Shown here in pieces: positions 24,614-34,996 of a stretch of DNA of 64,000 nucleotides. Numbering within the stretch: position 1 is the first letter of the stretch; every line of letters begins with the position of its first letter. The stretch is from a virus: positions 1 through 64,000 of IMG/VR virus record IMGVR_UViG_3300032238_001058, one strand, 5' to 3'. The position numbers and the translations under genes are program-made. The notes beneath the pieces were generated by a model that was not told the origin of the DNA, made no database searches, and was given only the letters and a program-made list of their open reading frames with translations.

Positions 24614-26140
24614 GTGCCTGCATACCAGCATCTTGCATATCGACGTAACGCACAAGCTGCTGCCCGCAAGCAACAAATTCGTGTCCCACGGAATCTTGAA
24701 ACTCTTCAGAGAGCAAGGGATGATTTTGGTTTTTTCTGTGATTACGTAGCTGATAAACCACCGGCAGAACATCACAAAGAATGGCATCGTCACTTTGTTA
24801 CCAACGAAGACAGTAGCTGCCTTCTTAAGATTGCTGGTCCCAACGTAGATCTACTTGCCCCCCGTGGCTCGGCTAAATCCACAGTATTGGGTTTGTTTAC
24901 TGCATGGGCAATTGGTGTGCATACCATGGCCAAGATGCCACTACAGATTCTTTACTTGTCATACACGGTTGACATTGCGCGTTCAAAATCTGCAACCATT
25001 AAACGCATCATTGAAAGCAAGCGATACCAAGAAGTTTTTCCAAAAGTCCGTCTTCTTAAGAACGTAACCAGTAACGAGTATTGGTCAATCGATCACAAGT
25101 TTGCTTCTATTGACACTACAGGTGAAGAACAATTTACGCTTTGTGCCGCAGGCCTTAAAGGTTCAGTTACCTCCAAGCGTTCACACCTTGTAATCATCGA
25201 TGACGCTATCAAGTCTGCTGCTGACATTTCAAACCCTGACATCCGTAAACAGATGCAGGACAACTGGAATGCTGTGATTGCACCAACCATGTTTGAAGGT
25301 GCACGCGCCATCTGCCTTGGTACCCGCTTCAGACATGATGACATTCATTCCACTACATTTAATCCACAAAACAATTGGATGCAGATTGTGTTGTCGGCAA
25401 TTTTAACTGATCCAAAAACAGGGGATGAACTGTCGTATTGGCCTGATATGTGGTCATTGGACTACCTAAAAGAAAAGAAACGACAAGCACCAATTGCTTT
25501 TTCTTTCCAATACATGAACCAGGTAGTTCGACAAAACGAACTTTCCTTGGCACCAGAACTGATTGTTAAAGCGGAGATTGCAACGGAGTTTGATTGTCTT
25601 GCTGTAGGGGTTGATCTATCTGCTGGCACCAAAGAGAAAAATGATTACACAGTGATGGTATTGGGTGGACGGATTGGCGATTGTATTCACATCATTGATT
25701 ACAGGCGCATCCGCGTGATGGGTAACCTAGAAAAACTAGATGCACTTAAAGAACTTCTTAGTGATTGGTCAGTTCTTGGCTGCGACCAAAACGGTGTTTA
25801 TTTCCCTACTTATTCAACATGTGATATTTACTCAGAAGCTGTGCAGTACCAAGCATCACTGGAGGCCGATTTTAAACGGGTCTGTTTGAATGGTGAAAAT
25901 CTTTACAACCTTAATTGGCATGCCGTTAAAGGTTTCCGTGCAGATAAATTGGCGCGTTTTCGTGGTTGCATGGGTTTATTTGAAGACCGCAAAATTATCT
26001 TTAATCGATTCAGAAACTTCACTGCAATGTTTGAAGAGATGACTAACTTTGGTGTTAGTAGTCACGACGACTGTGTGGATGCATTGGTCTGGTTGATTAA
26101 CGGTTTAATGCGCAAAGGCAAACTTCAACTCGATTACTGA
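24614..26140 (+). CDS. terL: terminase large subunit
   Basis: Walker A APRGSAKS, Walker B LVIIDD, GTR coupling motif, nuclease GVDL...HDDCVDA. Confidence 0.93.
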   Translation: MPAYQHLAYRRNAQAAARKQQIRVPRNLETLQRARDDFGFFCDYVADKPPAEHHKEWHRHFVTNEDSSCLLKIAGPNVDLLAPRGSAKSTVLGLFTAWAIGVHTMAKMPLQILYLSYTVDIARSKSATIKRIIESKRYQEVFPKVRLLKNVTSNEYWSIDHKFASIDTTGEEQFTLCAAGLKGSVTSKRSHLVIIDDAIKSAADISNPDIRKQMQDNWNAVIAPTMFEGARAICLGTRFRHDDIHSTTFNPQNNWMQIVLSAILTDPKTGDELSYWPDMWSLDYLKEKKRQAPIAFSFQYMNQVVRQNELSLAPELIVKAEIATEFDCLAVGVDLSAGTKEKNDYTVMVLGGRIGDCIHIIDYRRIRVMGNLEKLDALKELLSDWSVLGCDQNGVYFPTYSTCDIYSEAVQYQASLEADFKRVCLNGENLYNLNWHAVKGFRADKLARFRGCMGLFEDRKIIFNRFRNFTAMFEEMTNFGVSSHDDCVDALVWLINGLMRKGKLQLDY

Positions 26141-26177
26141 TCTTAAAATAAATAAAGAAAAATCAAGCTTTATACCA

Positions 26178-26471
26178 GTGGGTCCAGAATATTTAGCCCT
26201 CGGCTTAACAGCTATTGTTTCCGCGTTGACCGGGGGCGGCTGGGCGGCCAATCGAATACTAGACCGACAACATGAGCGTTTAAAAAACGCTCAAGAATAT
26301 ATCAGCTCACAAAAAAGAAGGATTGACCTCCTGGAAGATCAGATCAATCGCATGCCTTTGGAGTATGTGTTGAAGGTGGACTTCTTAAGAGAAATTAAAG
26401 AAATGCATGATAATTTTAAGCAGATCAACGACAAGCTTGATAAGCTGGTGGAAAAGCTTTTGTCAAAATGA
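26178..26471 (+). CDS. TM plus coiled-coil protein
   Basis: N-terminal hydrophobic helix, heptad C-terminus. Confidence 0.7.
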   Translation: MGPEYLALGLTAIVSALTGGGWAANRILDRQHERLKNAQEYISSQKRRIDLLEDQINRMPLEYVLKVDFLREIKEMHDNFKQINDKLDKLVEKLLSK

Positions 26472-26650
26472 GTTACATTCTTGAAGTTCAGGAAGACGAA
26501 AATGGTGATCCATACATTGTGCTCCCTGACGAAATAATTGAAGAGCTAGGCTGGCAGGATGGCGATGTTCTTAACTGGGATGTACGTGGCACTGGTATTT
26601 GCTTGACTAAAGTTAATGACTCTGCTGGCTACGAAGTAATAGAAGAGTAA
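26468..26650 (+). CDS. AbrB/MazE-like DNA-binding protein
   Basis: IVLPDEIIEELGWQDGDVLNW. Confidence 0.75.
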   Translation: MSYILEVQEDENGDPYIVLPDEIIEELGWQDGDVLNWDVRGTGICLTKVNDSAGYEVIEE

Positions 26651-26674
26651 AATAGAAACAACAGCGAAAGGCAA

Positions 26675-27055
26675 ATGCGATTTTACGGTGGTGGTCCAGT
26701 AGGCGTGGGAAACGCAGGTGTTTTTAACAATGCAACAATGGCAGGTAATCCCTTTGGGGAACAATTTGTAATTCCTAATAAACGTCCTGTGGGTCAACCC
26801 ATTCTTCCGGGAGAACAACGTGAGGCTGTAGAAGGAGTTTATGGTACACCCGGACCAAAACCCATGCAAGGTACACCTCCCTTGGGACTACCAATGGCAT
26901 CTATTGGAAACATGGGCGGAATGATTGCGCAAGCTCAACCTCCTGCTCAAGAAGATCTAAGTAAGTTTCAACAGTTATTAGATCAAATGACTGAAACAAC
27001 AGGAACTCAGATGAGAGGCCAACAGATGTGGCCGTATCCCCCCAGTTCTTACTAA
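26675..27055 (+). CDS. hypothetical protein
   Basis: ORF. Confidence 0.65.
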   Translation: MRFYGGGPVGVGNAGVFNNATMAGNPFGEQFVIPNKRPVGQPILPGEQREAVEGVYGTPGPKPMQGTPPLGLPMASIGNMGGMIAQAQPPAQEDLSKFQQLLDQMTETTGTQMRGQQMWPYPPSSY

Positions 27056-27086
27056 GCTGTTACTATTAAAAGGAAAGGCATAGTTA

Positions 27087-29372
27087 ATGGCTGACGCTAA
27101 AGCACGACTTCAAGAAATTATCGATGCCTATCTCAATAAAGATAGTAGCGTTGTAGTTGATACAAGTATCGTTGCAGCCCACGTTGCTCAGATGAAGCTT
27201 TTTGGCATCCGCCAAGGAGTTGAATTTTTTCCAACACAAGATAACTTTGGAGCACAACGCAAAGATTTTCTCGACCGTGTGCTTAAATACAATAAATTAG
27301 ATACGCGCCTTGATTCGATCTGGGAGTATTTCCTGTGTGATGGCAAAGGCCTTTTTTACATTCGACCCACTAAACAAAACTATCGGCTTTATTATTTTCG
27401 TGAACATGAATACCGTGCTTATTACAATGTTGATGGCGAGCTGGACGAAGTTGTAATTATCTACAGCTACAAGGTTCGCAAAGGAAATGGATTTGGGGAT
27501 CAACTGAATACAACAAATCTTACAGGAACGCAAAGTACTTATAACCCTGGGGCTAAGCGTTATATCCGTTTATCTATTAAAGCTAAACAGATTGAAGAAA
27601 CTCACTCCGATTCGGAGATGACTTTCGACATGCCCACCTACGCTTTAACTGGGAGCACCAAACAGCTTAAGAACAGTCTTGGTTTTATTCCTTGCGTAGA
27701 GATTATCAATAATACTCAAGGATTCTCTAACGAAGGTTCAGGAGAATTCGACTCAGTAGCAAATCATATTTGTACACATGATGAATTGATGCGCACTATG
27801 CGCAAAAATATTACGTTCTTTGGTAACCCAACACTTCTTTCTTCTCGTCCCAAGACGGACTTGATGGAAGCAGGTGGGGATTCTGTAGTTCAGCGCCCGT
27901 CTATTGCCGCTAATTCGGGCTTCACAAGTCCTGCTGCATTAAGTCGATCTACTTTTAAAGCTGATCCGGTTAGCCGTGGTGTAGATGGACAGATCCGAGT
28001 TCCACGCGTAATTGCAAACCTAGAGCCCAACGACCGAGTTGGATACATTGTTCCAGATGCCATCACTGGTGACCAAAACTCATTTGCTCGTCAATATCGT
28101 GAAGAGATCCGCACTGCTTTGGGTGGTGTCGATGAACTGTCCATTTCCGCAGGCGTTACCGCAACAGAATACAAATCATTATTTGGTCGTGTTGCAGCGA
28201 CATCTAAGAAAAAAGCAAATGCTATTTATACTCATGGCATCTCTCGTTGTCTTGAGTTAATTATTTACCAAGAAGAACAATTGTTCAAGACAACTCTTGG
28301 TATCGCAGCAGGCCTTGAGAAACCCGTGGATCTGGCAGATGGAGCAACTCCGGAAGAAGAATCTGCTTATCAAGAAGCGATGAAAAAATACAACGAGATG
28401 TTGAAAAAACTTATGATGGCTTGTGTGGAAACACAACAGATCCCACCCAAAGTTATTGGTCTTATTCCTGACGGTGATGTAACAGTGTTATGGCGCTGGT
28501 TGGGTCCTGTTTATGAAGACTCTACGCAGGACATCCTTAACAACTCCATCGTGGTACGCAACCTACAAGAATTAGGTGTTGATAGCATTGAAGCACTGAA
28601 ATACCTCTTCCCGTCTAAGACGGATGAGGAAAGGGCCGAGATGTTATCTGGGTTCCCTTTCAGGATGGTGAACGAATTGCAGGGTGCTTATTCTCAATTC
28701 GCTCGCTTAGTGGGGGGCATGATGCAGACCCCTCACCCACAGGCGCCGGATTTACCGATGGCTGCGGATCCAAGATTGGATTTAACTCCGTATCTGTATC
28801 GAACTTTAGAAGCTTTACAAAAGGAGATGAGTTATGCAGGACGCTACCGTCCAATCGATCCCACAGACGAGCCAATCACCAGTGGCGGTGGCTCCGAGCA
28901 GCTACGTGGTTCCGGCCCAAGCTCCGGCACCTCAAGCTCCGGTGGGGATGCCGGTTCAGTATCAGGTGGGTACCAGCTACCCCCAAGCAGTACCACAGGC
29001 GGCCCCCAATTACCAATCAGCCCCTACGCAGTACGCCCCCCAATCCCAACCGGCAGCTCCGACCAACCCCTGGGAGTCGGCGTTCAACAAAGTAGTGGGA
29101 CTGTTGAGCAGTCCAGTTCAATCCCCGTTCCAGGGTCAGTCATCTCCGACGACGCAATACGCCCCGGCGAATTACGGTCAGCAGTACAGCAACCCAGCTA
29201 CGCAACAATCGGCTCCGCAGACCTGGTCACCCAACCAGGACTACTCGCCCAGCTCTTCCCAAACCTCCTCGGGTCCGTCCTTGGCGGAAGTAGCGGATTA
29301 CCTGGGGTGGAGCAACGAAACGCGCCAAGTAATCGACGCGTACGGTCTAGAAGCACCCGCAATCCTAAATAA
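27087..29372 (+). CDS. portal protein (with low-complexity C-terminal extension)
   Basis: position between TerL and scaffold/MCP; N.LGFIP.VE..N...G.GEF portal-like motif. Confidence 0.75.
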   Translation: MADAKARLQEIIDAYLNKDSSVVVDTSIVAAHVAQMKLFGIRQGVEFFPTQDNFGAQRKDFLDRVLKYNKLDTRLDSIWEYFLCDGKGLFYIRPTKQNYRLYYFREHEYRAYYNVDGELDEVVIIYSYKVRKGNGFGDQLNTTNLTGTQSTYNPGAKRYIRLSIKAKQIEETHSDSEMTFDMPTYALTGSTKQLKNSLGFIPCVEIINNTQGFSNEGSGEFDSVANHICTHDELMRTMRKNITFFGNPTLLSSRPKTDLMEAGGDSVVQRPSIAANSGFTSPAALSRSTFKADPVSRGVDGQIRVPRVIANLEPNDRVGYIVPDAITGDQNSFARQYREEIRTALGGVDELSISAGVTATEYKSLFGRVAATSKKKANAIYTHGISRCLELIIYQEEQLFKTTLGIAAGLEKPVDLADGATPEEESAYQEAMKKYNEMLKKLMMACVETQQIPPKVIGLIPDGDVTVLWRWLGPVYEDSTQDILNNSIVVRNLQELGVDSIEALKYLFPSKTDEERAEMLSGFPFRMVNELQGAYSQFARLVGGMMQTPHPQAPDLPMAADPRLDLTPYLYRTLEALQKEMSYAGRYRPIDPTDEPITSGGGSEQLRGSGPSSGTSSSGGDAGSVSGGYQLPPSSTTGGPQLPISPYAVRPPIPTGSSDQPLGVGVQQSSGTVEQSSSIPVPGSVISDDAIRPGELRSAVQQPSYATIGSADLVTQPGLLAQLFPNLLGSVLGGSSGLPGVEQRNAPSNRRVRSRSTRNPK

Positions 29373-29796
29373 TTATGGTCTTCAGCTTGAAGCCATGCTG
29401 GACAGTGCTGTTGCCTGGGGCGGCAAAGCAACTGAAACTCTGAACCGTTATGCCAACTTCTCTGTTGCTGAGCATCAAGAGAATCTGGCTTACAACGAAA
29501 TCCTGACAAATCCCGACGTACTTAGCGATTACACGCTGAAGTTCTTTGGTCCTGAAGGTCCGTACCCTGTGTACGAAGATGAGTCCCAGCTTGAAACCCG
29601 TGGTTATCCGACTGCTGCTGTTCAAGATTACATGAGCAACTTCCCCGCACCTCCTGCTGCTTCTGCTCCCCAACAGCCTGAAAACTTCTGGGGCAGTTTC
29701 AAGCAACAAATGGATGTAAACCCTGAGAATGCTTGGCGTCTTCTGAACCAAGCCCAACCTCAAGTCGTTGCCAACAAACTGTTTGTAATGGAGTAG
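28834..29796 (+). CDS. putative capsid scaffolding protein
   Basis: AAGGAG RBS at 28821; P/Q/A-rich N-terminus; upstream of MCP. Confidence 0.7.
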   Translation: MQDATVQSIPQTSQSPVAVAPSSYVVPAQAPAPQAPVGMPVQYQVGTSYPQAVPQAAPNYQSAPTQYAPQSQPAAPTNPWESAFNKVVGLLSSPVQSPFQGQSSPTTQYAPANYGQQYSNPATQQSAPQTWSPNQDYSPSSSQTSSGPSLAEVADYLGWSNETRQVIDAYGLEAPAILNNYGLQLEAMLDSAVAWGGKATETLNRYANFSVAEHQENLAYNEILTNPDVLSDYTLKFFGPEGPYPVYEDESQLETRGYPTAAVQDYMSNFPAPPAASAPQQPENFWGSFKQQMDVNPENAWRLLNQAQPQVVANKLFVME

Positions 29797-29800
29797 GCAA

Positions 29801-30412
29801 ATGCAAGCACTAGGGAAAAAACACCCTTTACTTGCATATGGAGTTCCCGCCGGTATTGGCATTGCCGCCGGCGGCCTTCTTGCTGGGCAAGGTGAAGATC
29901 CAGGAAGTATTGCTTTAGGTGGCGCCGCTGCTGCTTTAGGCGCTCGTGGTGCTTTGGGGACAGGACGCGTACTTGCTGGTAAATACAATCCAGAATTAAT
30001 TGCCGCTGCACAAAAACAAGTAACAGGTCTTGGTAATCGTCTTAGCGATGCCATGAGAAACTTGCCTGAAACCAGTAATGTAAGGCGGGCTGTTGGTAAT
30101 GTTGCTGCCGACGTTGTTGCCGGAGCAGATGCGCGTTTGTTTGGTAACCCAAATTCTGGCCGCAACGCTTTAATTCCTTTTCCCACAAAAAATGTGCAAG
30201 GAAATATTGCTAAAGGGCTTACTGCTTTAGCGGTGCCTACATCCGCACTTGCTGCTGGTTTAGGTGGTGTCGCACTCGGTGCCGTACCTGGTGCCATGGG
30301 AATTCCTGGTTTCCAAGAAAAATACATAGATCCCGAGCAATACGGCTCGAGTAATACAAGGGGTGCACTTGCAACCACTAATGGATCTATGACAACTGCG
30401 CAGTATATGTAA
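29801..30412 (+). CDS. Gly/Ala-rich membrane-like protein
   Basis: several glycine-zipper-like helices. Confidence 0.7.
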   Translation: MQALGKKHPLLAYGVPAGIGIAAGGLLAGQGEDPGSIALGGAAAALGARGALGTGRVLAGKYNPELIAAAQKQVTGLGNRLSDAMRNLPETSNVRRAVGNVAADVVAGADARLFGNPNSGRNALIPFPTKNVQGNIAKGLTALAVPTSALAAGLGGVALGAVPGAMGIPGFQEKYIDPEQYGSSNTRGALATTNGSMTTAQYM

Positions 30413-30510
30413 TTGAATAAATTACAGCCTGCTAAAATTTGTGTTAGATAAGACATATGTGTCTTTATCTTTCACCCGATAAAAACACTGACACTGGAGG
30501 ATAAACCAAG

Positions 30511-31674
30511 GTGTTTATTGACAACGACTTTCCAAAGATTCTAGGGGCTGAGCTGTATCGTCCTCACCCTGCGTACATTACCGAAATGGCAGTAGAGCCT
30601 GTGGTTGTCCACGACTTTACTCGTCAACCCGGCCAAACTGTTCAGTTAGACCGCTATAAGTTCTGGGGTACCCCTGGCACTAAGGACAGCCGTGAGCGTA
30701 TTGCCGACCAAACTATCGGTACCGCTAACAGCCGTAACATCACCAAGGAAAAGGTGTTGGTTGTGTTGAAAGAGTACACCGGCCCTGCAGACCCCGGCGA
30801 TCCCACCCAGCCTAGCACTTTCAAGATTGCGCGTGAGACCTTGATCACCGCTCAGCGACTGCTTTTGGACAGCGGGAACCTTAATATGTTCCACCAGTCC
30901 ATCGGTAGCCTGACGCTGCTTGATGACTACCGTCGTTGGCGCGACCGCGTCTTCATTGACGAACTTGCTAAAGCTGAAGCTAACGGTCAGGCTAGCACAA
31001 GCCAGGGTGGTTACTACTTCCCCGGCGGTAAAGCAAAGGATAGCTCTGGCCGCATCTCGTACACTTCCACTGAGTACACCGCTGATGTTCAGCAGTTCTC
31101 GGTGCGTACCGACCTGTTGAACATTGTTAAGGACCTGCGCAAGCGTAACGTCCCCACCTTTGCTGATGGTCTGTATCGCTGCATTTGCGATCCCACTTTC
31201 ATGATGCACCTGCGTCGTGACCCTGACTTCCGCGAAATTGCTCGTTACGCTGGTAATCCTGGCCAAGGTATGTACATGGGTAACCCCATGCTGCCTAACA
31301 ACGCTAGTTTCTACCAAGGTCCCCAAGCTGGTCAAGGTTACTTCCTGGCTGGCGAACCTGTCATGCCTACTGGCGTGCAGTTTGAAGGTGTCAAGTTCTT
31401 CGAGTCGACTAACTTCCCGACCAAGAACATCAACACTTCTTTCAATGGTGGTTCCACCTATGCTTCCCAAGAAGTTGCCCAAGGTTACTTCTTTGGTCCT
31501 CAATCGATCGGCGTGGGTATTGGCGGTCCCAATGCTCAAGTGCTGATCAACAACAACGACGATTTCAGCCGCTTTATCATATTAATTTGGCAACTTTACG
31601 CCGGTTTTGAAATTCTGAATAAGGATTTTGTTACGACCGCGTTTAGCTTTGTGTCCGATGATGGTGGCGTCTGA
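30511..31674 (+). CDS. major capsid protein
   Basis: 387 aa, GGAGG RBS plus GTG start, strongly biased codons, PGQTVQL and G..FEGVKFFES HK97-like motifs. Confidence 0.85.
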   Translation: MFIDNDFPKILGAELYRPHPAYITEMAVEPVVVHDFTRQPGQTVQLDRYKFWGTPGTKDSRERIADQTIGTANSRNITKEKVLVVLKEYTGPADPGDPTQPSTFKIARETLITAQRLLLDSGNLNMFHQSIGSLTLLDDYRRWRDRVFIDELAKAEANGQASTSQGGYYFPGGKAKDSSGRISYTSTEYTADVQQFSVRTDLLNIVKDLRKRNVPTFADGLYRCICDPTFMMHLRRDPDFREIARYAGNPGQGMYMGNPMLPNNASFYQGPQAGQGYFLAGEPVMPTGVQFEGVKFFESTNFPTKNINTSFNGGSTYASQEVAQGYFFGPQSIGVGIGGPNAQVLINNNDDFSRFIILIWQLYAGFEILNKDFVTTAFSFVSDDGGV

Positions 31675-31706
31675 TAGTTAACCATACACTTACATAGGAA
31701 AAATAA

Positions 31707-32510
31707 ATGACCTATTTGTCTGCCAAGAAAATCTATCCCGGCAACTGGGCTGAACCCCTGAACGGCTGGTATAAGAATATCGACAATAGCCAAGACGGTA
31801 CCAATGATGGTTCCAAAGGCGGCCCCACTTCTGTGCTGGCTACCCCTGGCTATCGTTATTTCCAACAGCGTGGTTACGTGGCAATTACTGCTACCTCTGG
31901 CACTGGCGCTGTTGCCTCTGCTGATGTGATCGTTCCCTCGCCTTACCGCCAGGACGACACCCGTACCGACATCACCGGCATGGTGATCTCTGGTACCAGC
32001 ACCCTCCCTGCTTACGTGTACCGCACCGCAATCTCCGTGGCTTCTGGCTGGGGTGATAACCGCGTGGCCTCTGGTGTGTATGCAGCTACTGGTAACGTCA
32101 TCTCCTTCGGTCGTAACAACAGTGGCAGCCCCACCGCTGCTTCCGGTGTTGGCGAAGGTGTGATTCAGGCTAACCTCACCTCCACCGTGTCTGGTACCCA
32201 AGCTGGCGAAATCTACTTCGCTGGTGGCACCGCTGGTTACGGCTCTGCTCCGTTCTTAATCGCCAGTGGTGCTGCTGGTGTTACTGCTGGTAACGTCAAC
32301 TACGCTGCTACCGCTGCTACCACCCTGAAGGTATTCGCCAAAGAAACTGTTAACAGTACTTCTACTTCCGGTGGTTTCTATATCTCCAGTGGTGATTCCG
32401 CTGCTGGCCTTACTGGGTACCTGGTGGTTGAAGTGTGCTACATTCAACCTGATGTGGCCCCTGGTTACGAAGATATTGATGGTTACCTGACGGGTCGCAC
32501 CGTTAGTTGA
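31707..32510 (+). CDS. highly expressed structural protein (capsid decoration or tail tube)
   Basis: follows MCP; biased codons; G/S/T/A-rich. Confidence 0.7.
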   Translation: MTYLSAKKIYPGNWAEPLNGWYKNIDNSQDGTNDGSKGGPTSVLATPGYRYFQQRGYVAITATSGTGAVASADVIVPSPYRQDDTRTDITGMVISGTSTLPAYVYRTAISVASGWGDNRVASGVYAATGNVISFGRNNSGSPTAASGVGEGVIQANLTSTVSGTQAGEIYFAGGTAGYGSAPFLIASGAAGVTAGNVNYAATAATTLKVFAKETVNSTSTSGGFYISSGDSAAGLTGYLVVEVCYIQPDVAPGYEDIDGYLTGRTVS

Positions 32511-32545
32511 TTAGGTTAAACTAGGACCAGGTAAATACTGGTCCT

Positions 32546-32974
32546 ATGACAACCCTTCCGTCAATGCTTTATCAGCACAAAAAAACCGGCGCACGCGTCA
32601 AGGTTGTAAGTGAATGGGATAACGGTGACTGGTTCATGGTCGAAGATCAGGACGGTCGTCTTTTCACCGCATACAAAACTGAGCTTGTGCCTGATGAAGA
32701 AGCCACGAAAAAAGTAAAAACTCTTCAGGTAAAAGATAAAGCTGCACAAGAAGAACCACGTACCTTTCCACCGGACGTGCGTTTAAACATTAATTCAGCT
32801 ACCGCACAAATGATCGCTGATCATATCAAAGGAGTTGGATTAAAAACAGCAAGAGAAATTAAAGACCTTCAAATGTCCTTATCGGGTGAAAGGTTCAACA
32901 CTCTCGAACAACTACGACAGGTTGGACGCATTGATTGGGACGCAGTGTTTGCTGCTGATTTAATAAGGGTTTAG
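32546..32974 (+). CDS. helix-hairpin-helix (ComEA/PsbU-like) domain protein
   Basis: LNINSATAQMIADHIKGVGLKTAREI...F..LEQL. Confidence 0.8.
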   Translation: MTTLPSMLYQHKKTGARVKVVSEWDNGDWFMVEDQDGRLFTAYKTELVPDEEATKKVKTLQVKDKAAQEEPRTFPPDVRLNINSATAQMIADHIKGVGLKTAREIKDLQMSLSGERFNTLEQLRQVGRIDWDAVFAADLIRV

Positions 32975-32989
32975 TTCTCATCTTCAAGT

Positions 32990-33014
32990 GCCCCTGGGAA
33001 ACCGGGGGTTTTTT
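32990..33014 (+). terminator. intrinsic terminator
   Basis: CCCTGG-GAAA-CCGGGG-GTTTTTT. Confidence 0.75.
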
Positions 33015-33043
33015 AATCTTAAAATAGAGAATAAAACTAGATA

Positions 33044-33679
33044 ATGGCTAATCGCTCTATTGTTGATGTTGGCAAGTACCTCCAAAGATTTGGGTTAAAT
33101 GTTGGTGAAAACCCAGCGTTTGGCGGTGTTAGTAGTGGGCATTCTTTAACGGGATACCATCCTTCTGGTGAAGCAATTGATATACGTGATTGGCGTCCAG
33201 ATGTGGCACCTGCTTATGAAGGAGGTAAGCCAATTCCCTGGAAACAACGCACAGGTGAACTGTCATGGCGTGCAAAACAACTTAACAAATTAGGAATCTT
33301 TAACGAAGTTTTAGGCCCTGGTGACCAAGGTCATGACACTCATGTTCACTTAGCATTACAAGGTCAACAGGCAATTACTGATCCACAACTTGAATGGCTT
33401 GCTACCGGTCGCTATAAAACACCAGAAGGCAAACTGACGGATGTAATGCCAGGTGCTACACAAACTGGTTTTGGATCAACGGCATCTACAAGTACAGGCA
33501 CGGATCCAAAAGAATTTTTAGTTGGTTATTTACTTGGTACTGGATTAAGTGGTAATCCAAAAGAAAGTCCACAAACAACAATGAAACGTCAATTTGTACA
33601 GCAACTATTGCAGCCGCCTGATTCATCTGATATGATGATGCAATTTCTTTCAACTATGCCAAATCCGTACGCTGTTTAA
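33044..33679 (+). CDS. M15/Hedgehog-DD-peptidase-like Zn peptidase (virion-associated)
   Basis: H..G.AIDI and HDTHVH zinc motifs. Confidence 0.7.
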   Translation: MANRSIVDVGKYLQRFGLNVGENPAFGGVSSGHSLTGYHPSGEAIDIRDWRPDVAPAYEGGKPIPWKQRTGELSWRAKQLNKLGIFNEVLGPGDQGHDTHVHLALQGQQAITDPQLEWLATGRYKTPEGKLTDVMPGATQTGFGSTASTSTGTDPKEFLVGYLLGTGLSGNPKESPQTTMKRQFVQQLLQPPDSSDMMMQFLSTMPNPYAV

Positions 33680-33718
33680 TTCACTACATCTATAATTAAA
33701 AACATACGGAAGTAAGCT

Positions 33719-34180
33719 GTGCAGCTCAGCGATTTTGACAAAAGTAGAGTCCGGTACCACCTGGGCTACTTCACGGTTTCCGTGCCGGCGGGTGACTATG
33801 CTCGTTTAGAAGAAGCTCTTAACACGGTACCTGATTCTTATTTTTACGACAAAATTGCAATTCAAATTGGCCGTTGCGATACAGCTGAAAAGAAAACTGA
33901 AGTTGCCACTTCACCTTCTACTCGCCTTGAAAGCATTGCTGGTGACGTTGACCGTACTATTCGGTCAAGTAATGCCAAAGAAGCATTAAAAGTTTGGGAT
34001 GAAATCTACCTTTACGAAACAAATCGTTTAGCTGGTATTCTTTACGTTCCCAACTACAAAGATCCGTTCCAGGCTCGTTACCGTTACGAACGCTCTGGTG
34101 CAGAATTTATCCAGGCATTACCTGGACCAGCTGATGTTTCCGTTGGCACCCGCATCTATTTACATGAGGTTTGGAGGTAA
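33719..34180 (+). CDS. putative head-tail adaptor
   Basis: DKSRVRYHLGY N-terminus; position after capsid genes. Confidence 0.6.
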   Translation: MQLSDFDKSRVRYHLGYFTVSVPAGDYARLEEALNTVPDSYFYDKIAIQIGRCDTAEKKTEVATSPSTRLESIAGDVDRTIRSSNAKEALKVWDEIYLYETNRLAGILYVPNYKDPFQARYRYERSGAEFIQALPGPADVSVGTRIYLHEVWR

Positions 34181-34182
34181 TT

Positions 34183-34992
34183 ATGGCAGGATTTAATCCT
34201 TCTTTTCGCCCAGGTAGTCAAGGCAACTTAGGCACTTCTCTCAATCAACTGGGAAGTAATTTAATGGGACTTGTGCGCCCGTTTCTACAACCAACTCCGT
34301 ATGGCACAAATCCCTGGGCGTCATCCGGAGCGCAGGGTGGCCATGTAAATGTTAAATCAGGCGGCCTTAGGAACTATGGTGCCAACTATAAACAGTCTGA
34401 ACAGGCCGCTGGTGCAGCCGCTGAACGTTTCCGTCCAGGTGCCGGGTTCCCTGGTCAACAAGGAAGTTCTTCTCTTGCCGCTGAACGTGCATATCAACAA
34501 GAAGCATCTCGCGTTGCACAGCTCACTGCACAAGACCCCGAGCTTAAGCGTTACGAATTAGCTCGTCAGAAAGCAGTTGCTGCAGGTCCTGGTTCTGCAG
34601 CCGAACAATCTGCAGAAGACCTCGGTATGCAGATGTGGGCAAAAGCAAACCCCACTCTTGCCGCAAATGTAAAACCTGGTCAAGCAGGATACGATGCAAT
34701 TCAAGGAACTTTAGCCGGCAATGCTGCGCGTGCAGGGCAAGGTTTTAAAATGCAGGAACAATTAGTCCCTACCCCCCAGGGATTTCCTACTAATGTGCCG
34801 GCCATGCCACAAGGATCAGGCTATGCCACAGGGTACAATATTACACAGCCCCTGGCGCAAACACCTGCCATTTCTTTTGGTGGTCAACAGCAGGCACCGG
34901 CTTCTACTCCTGCCACCGAAAGTATTTTTGGCCAGCCTTCGGTTATGGATGAAAAAATGTTTGAGCAATTCCTTAAACAAATTAAAAAATAA
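34183..34992 (+). CDS. hypothetical virion protein
   Basis: GGAGG RBS; G/Q/A/P-rich. Confidence 0.7.
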   Translation: MAGFNPSFRPGSQGNLGTSLNQLGSNLMGLVRPFLQPTPYGTNPWASSGAQGGHVNVKSGGLRNYGANYKQSEQAAGAAAERFRPGAGFPGQQGSSSLAAERAYQQEASRVAQLTAQDPELKRYELARQKAVAAGPGSAAEQSAEDLGMQMWAKANPTLAANVKPGQAGYDAIQGTLAGNAARAGQGFKMQEQLVPTPQGFPTNVPAMPQGSGYATGYNITQPLAQTPAISFGGQQQAPASTPATESIFGQPSVMDEKMFEQFLKQIKK

Positions 34993-34996
34993 ACAT

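Noticed and set aside
29365-32201. Long antisense ORFs (363, 297, 201 aa) opposite scaffold/MCP
   Set aside because: Shadow frames caused by codon bias of highly expressed plus-strand genes; no recognisable motifs.
32546-32974. psbU photosystem gene
   Set aside because: Only the generic HhH fold is shared; there is no signal peptide, so a DNA-binding ComEA-like role is more plausible.
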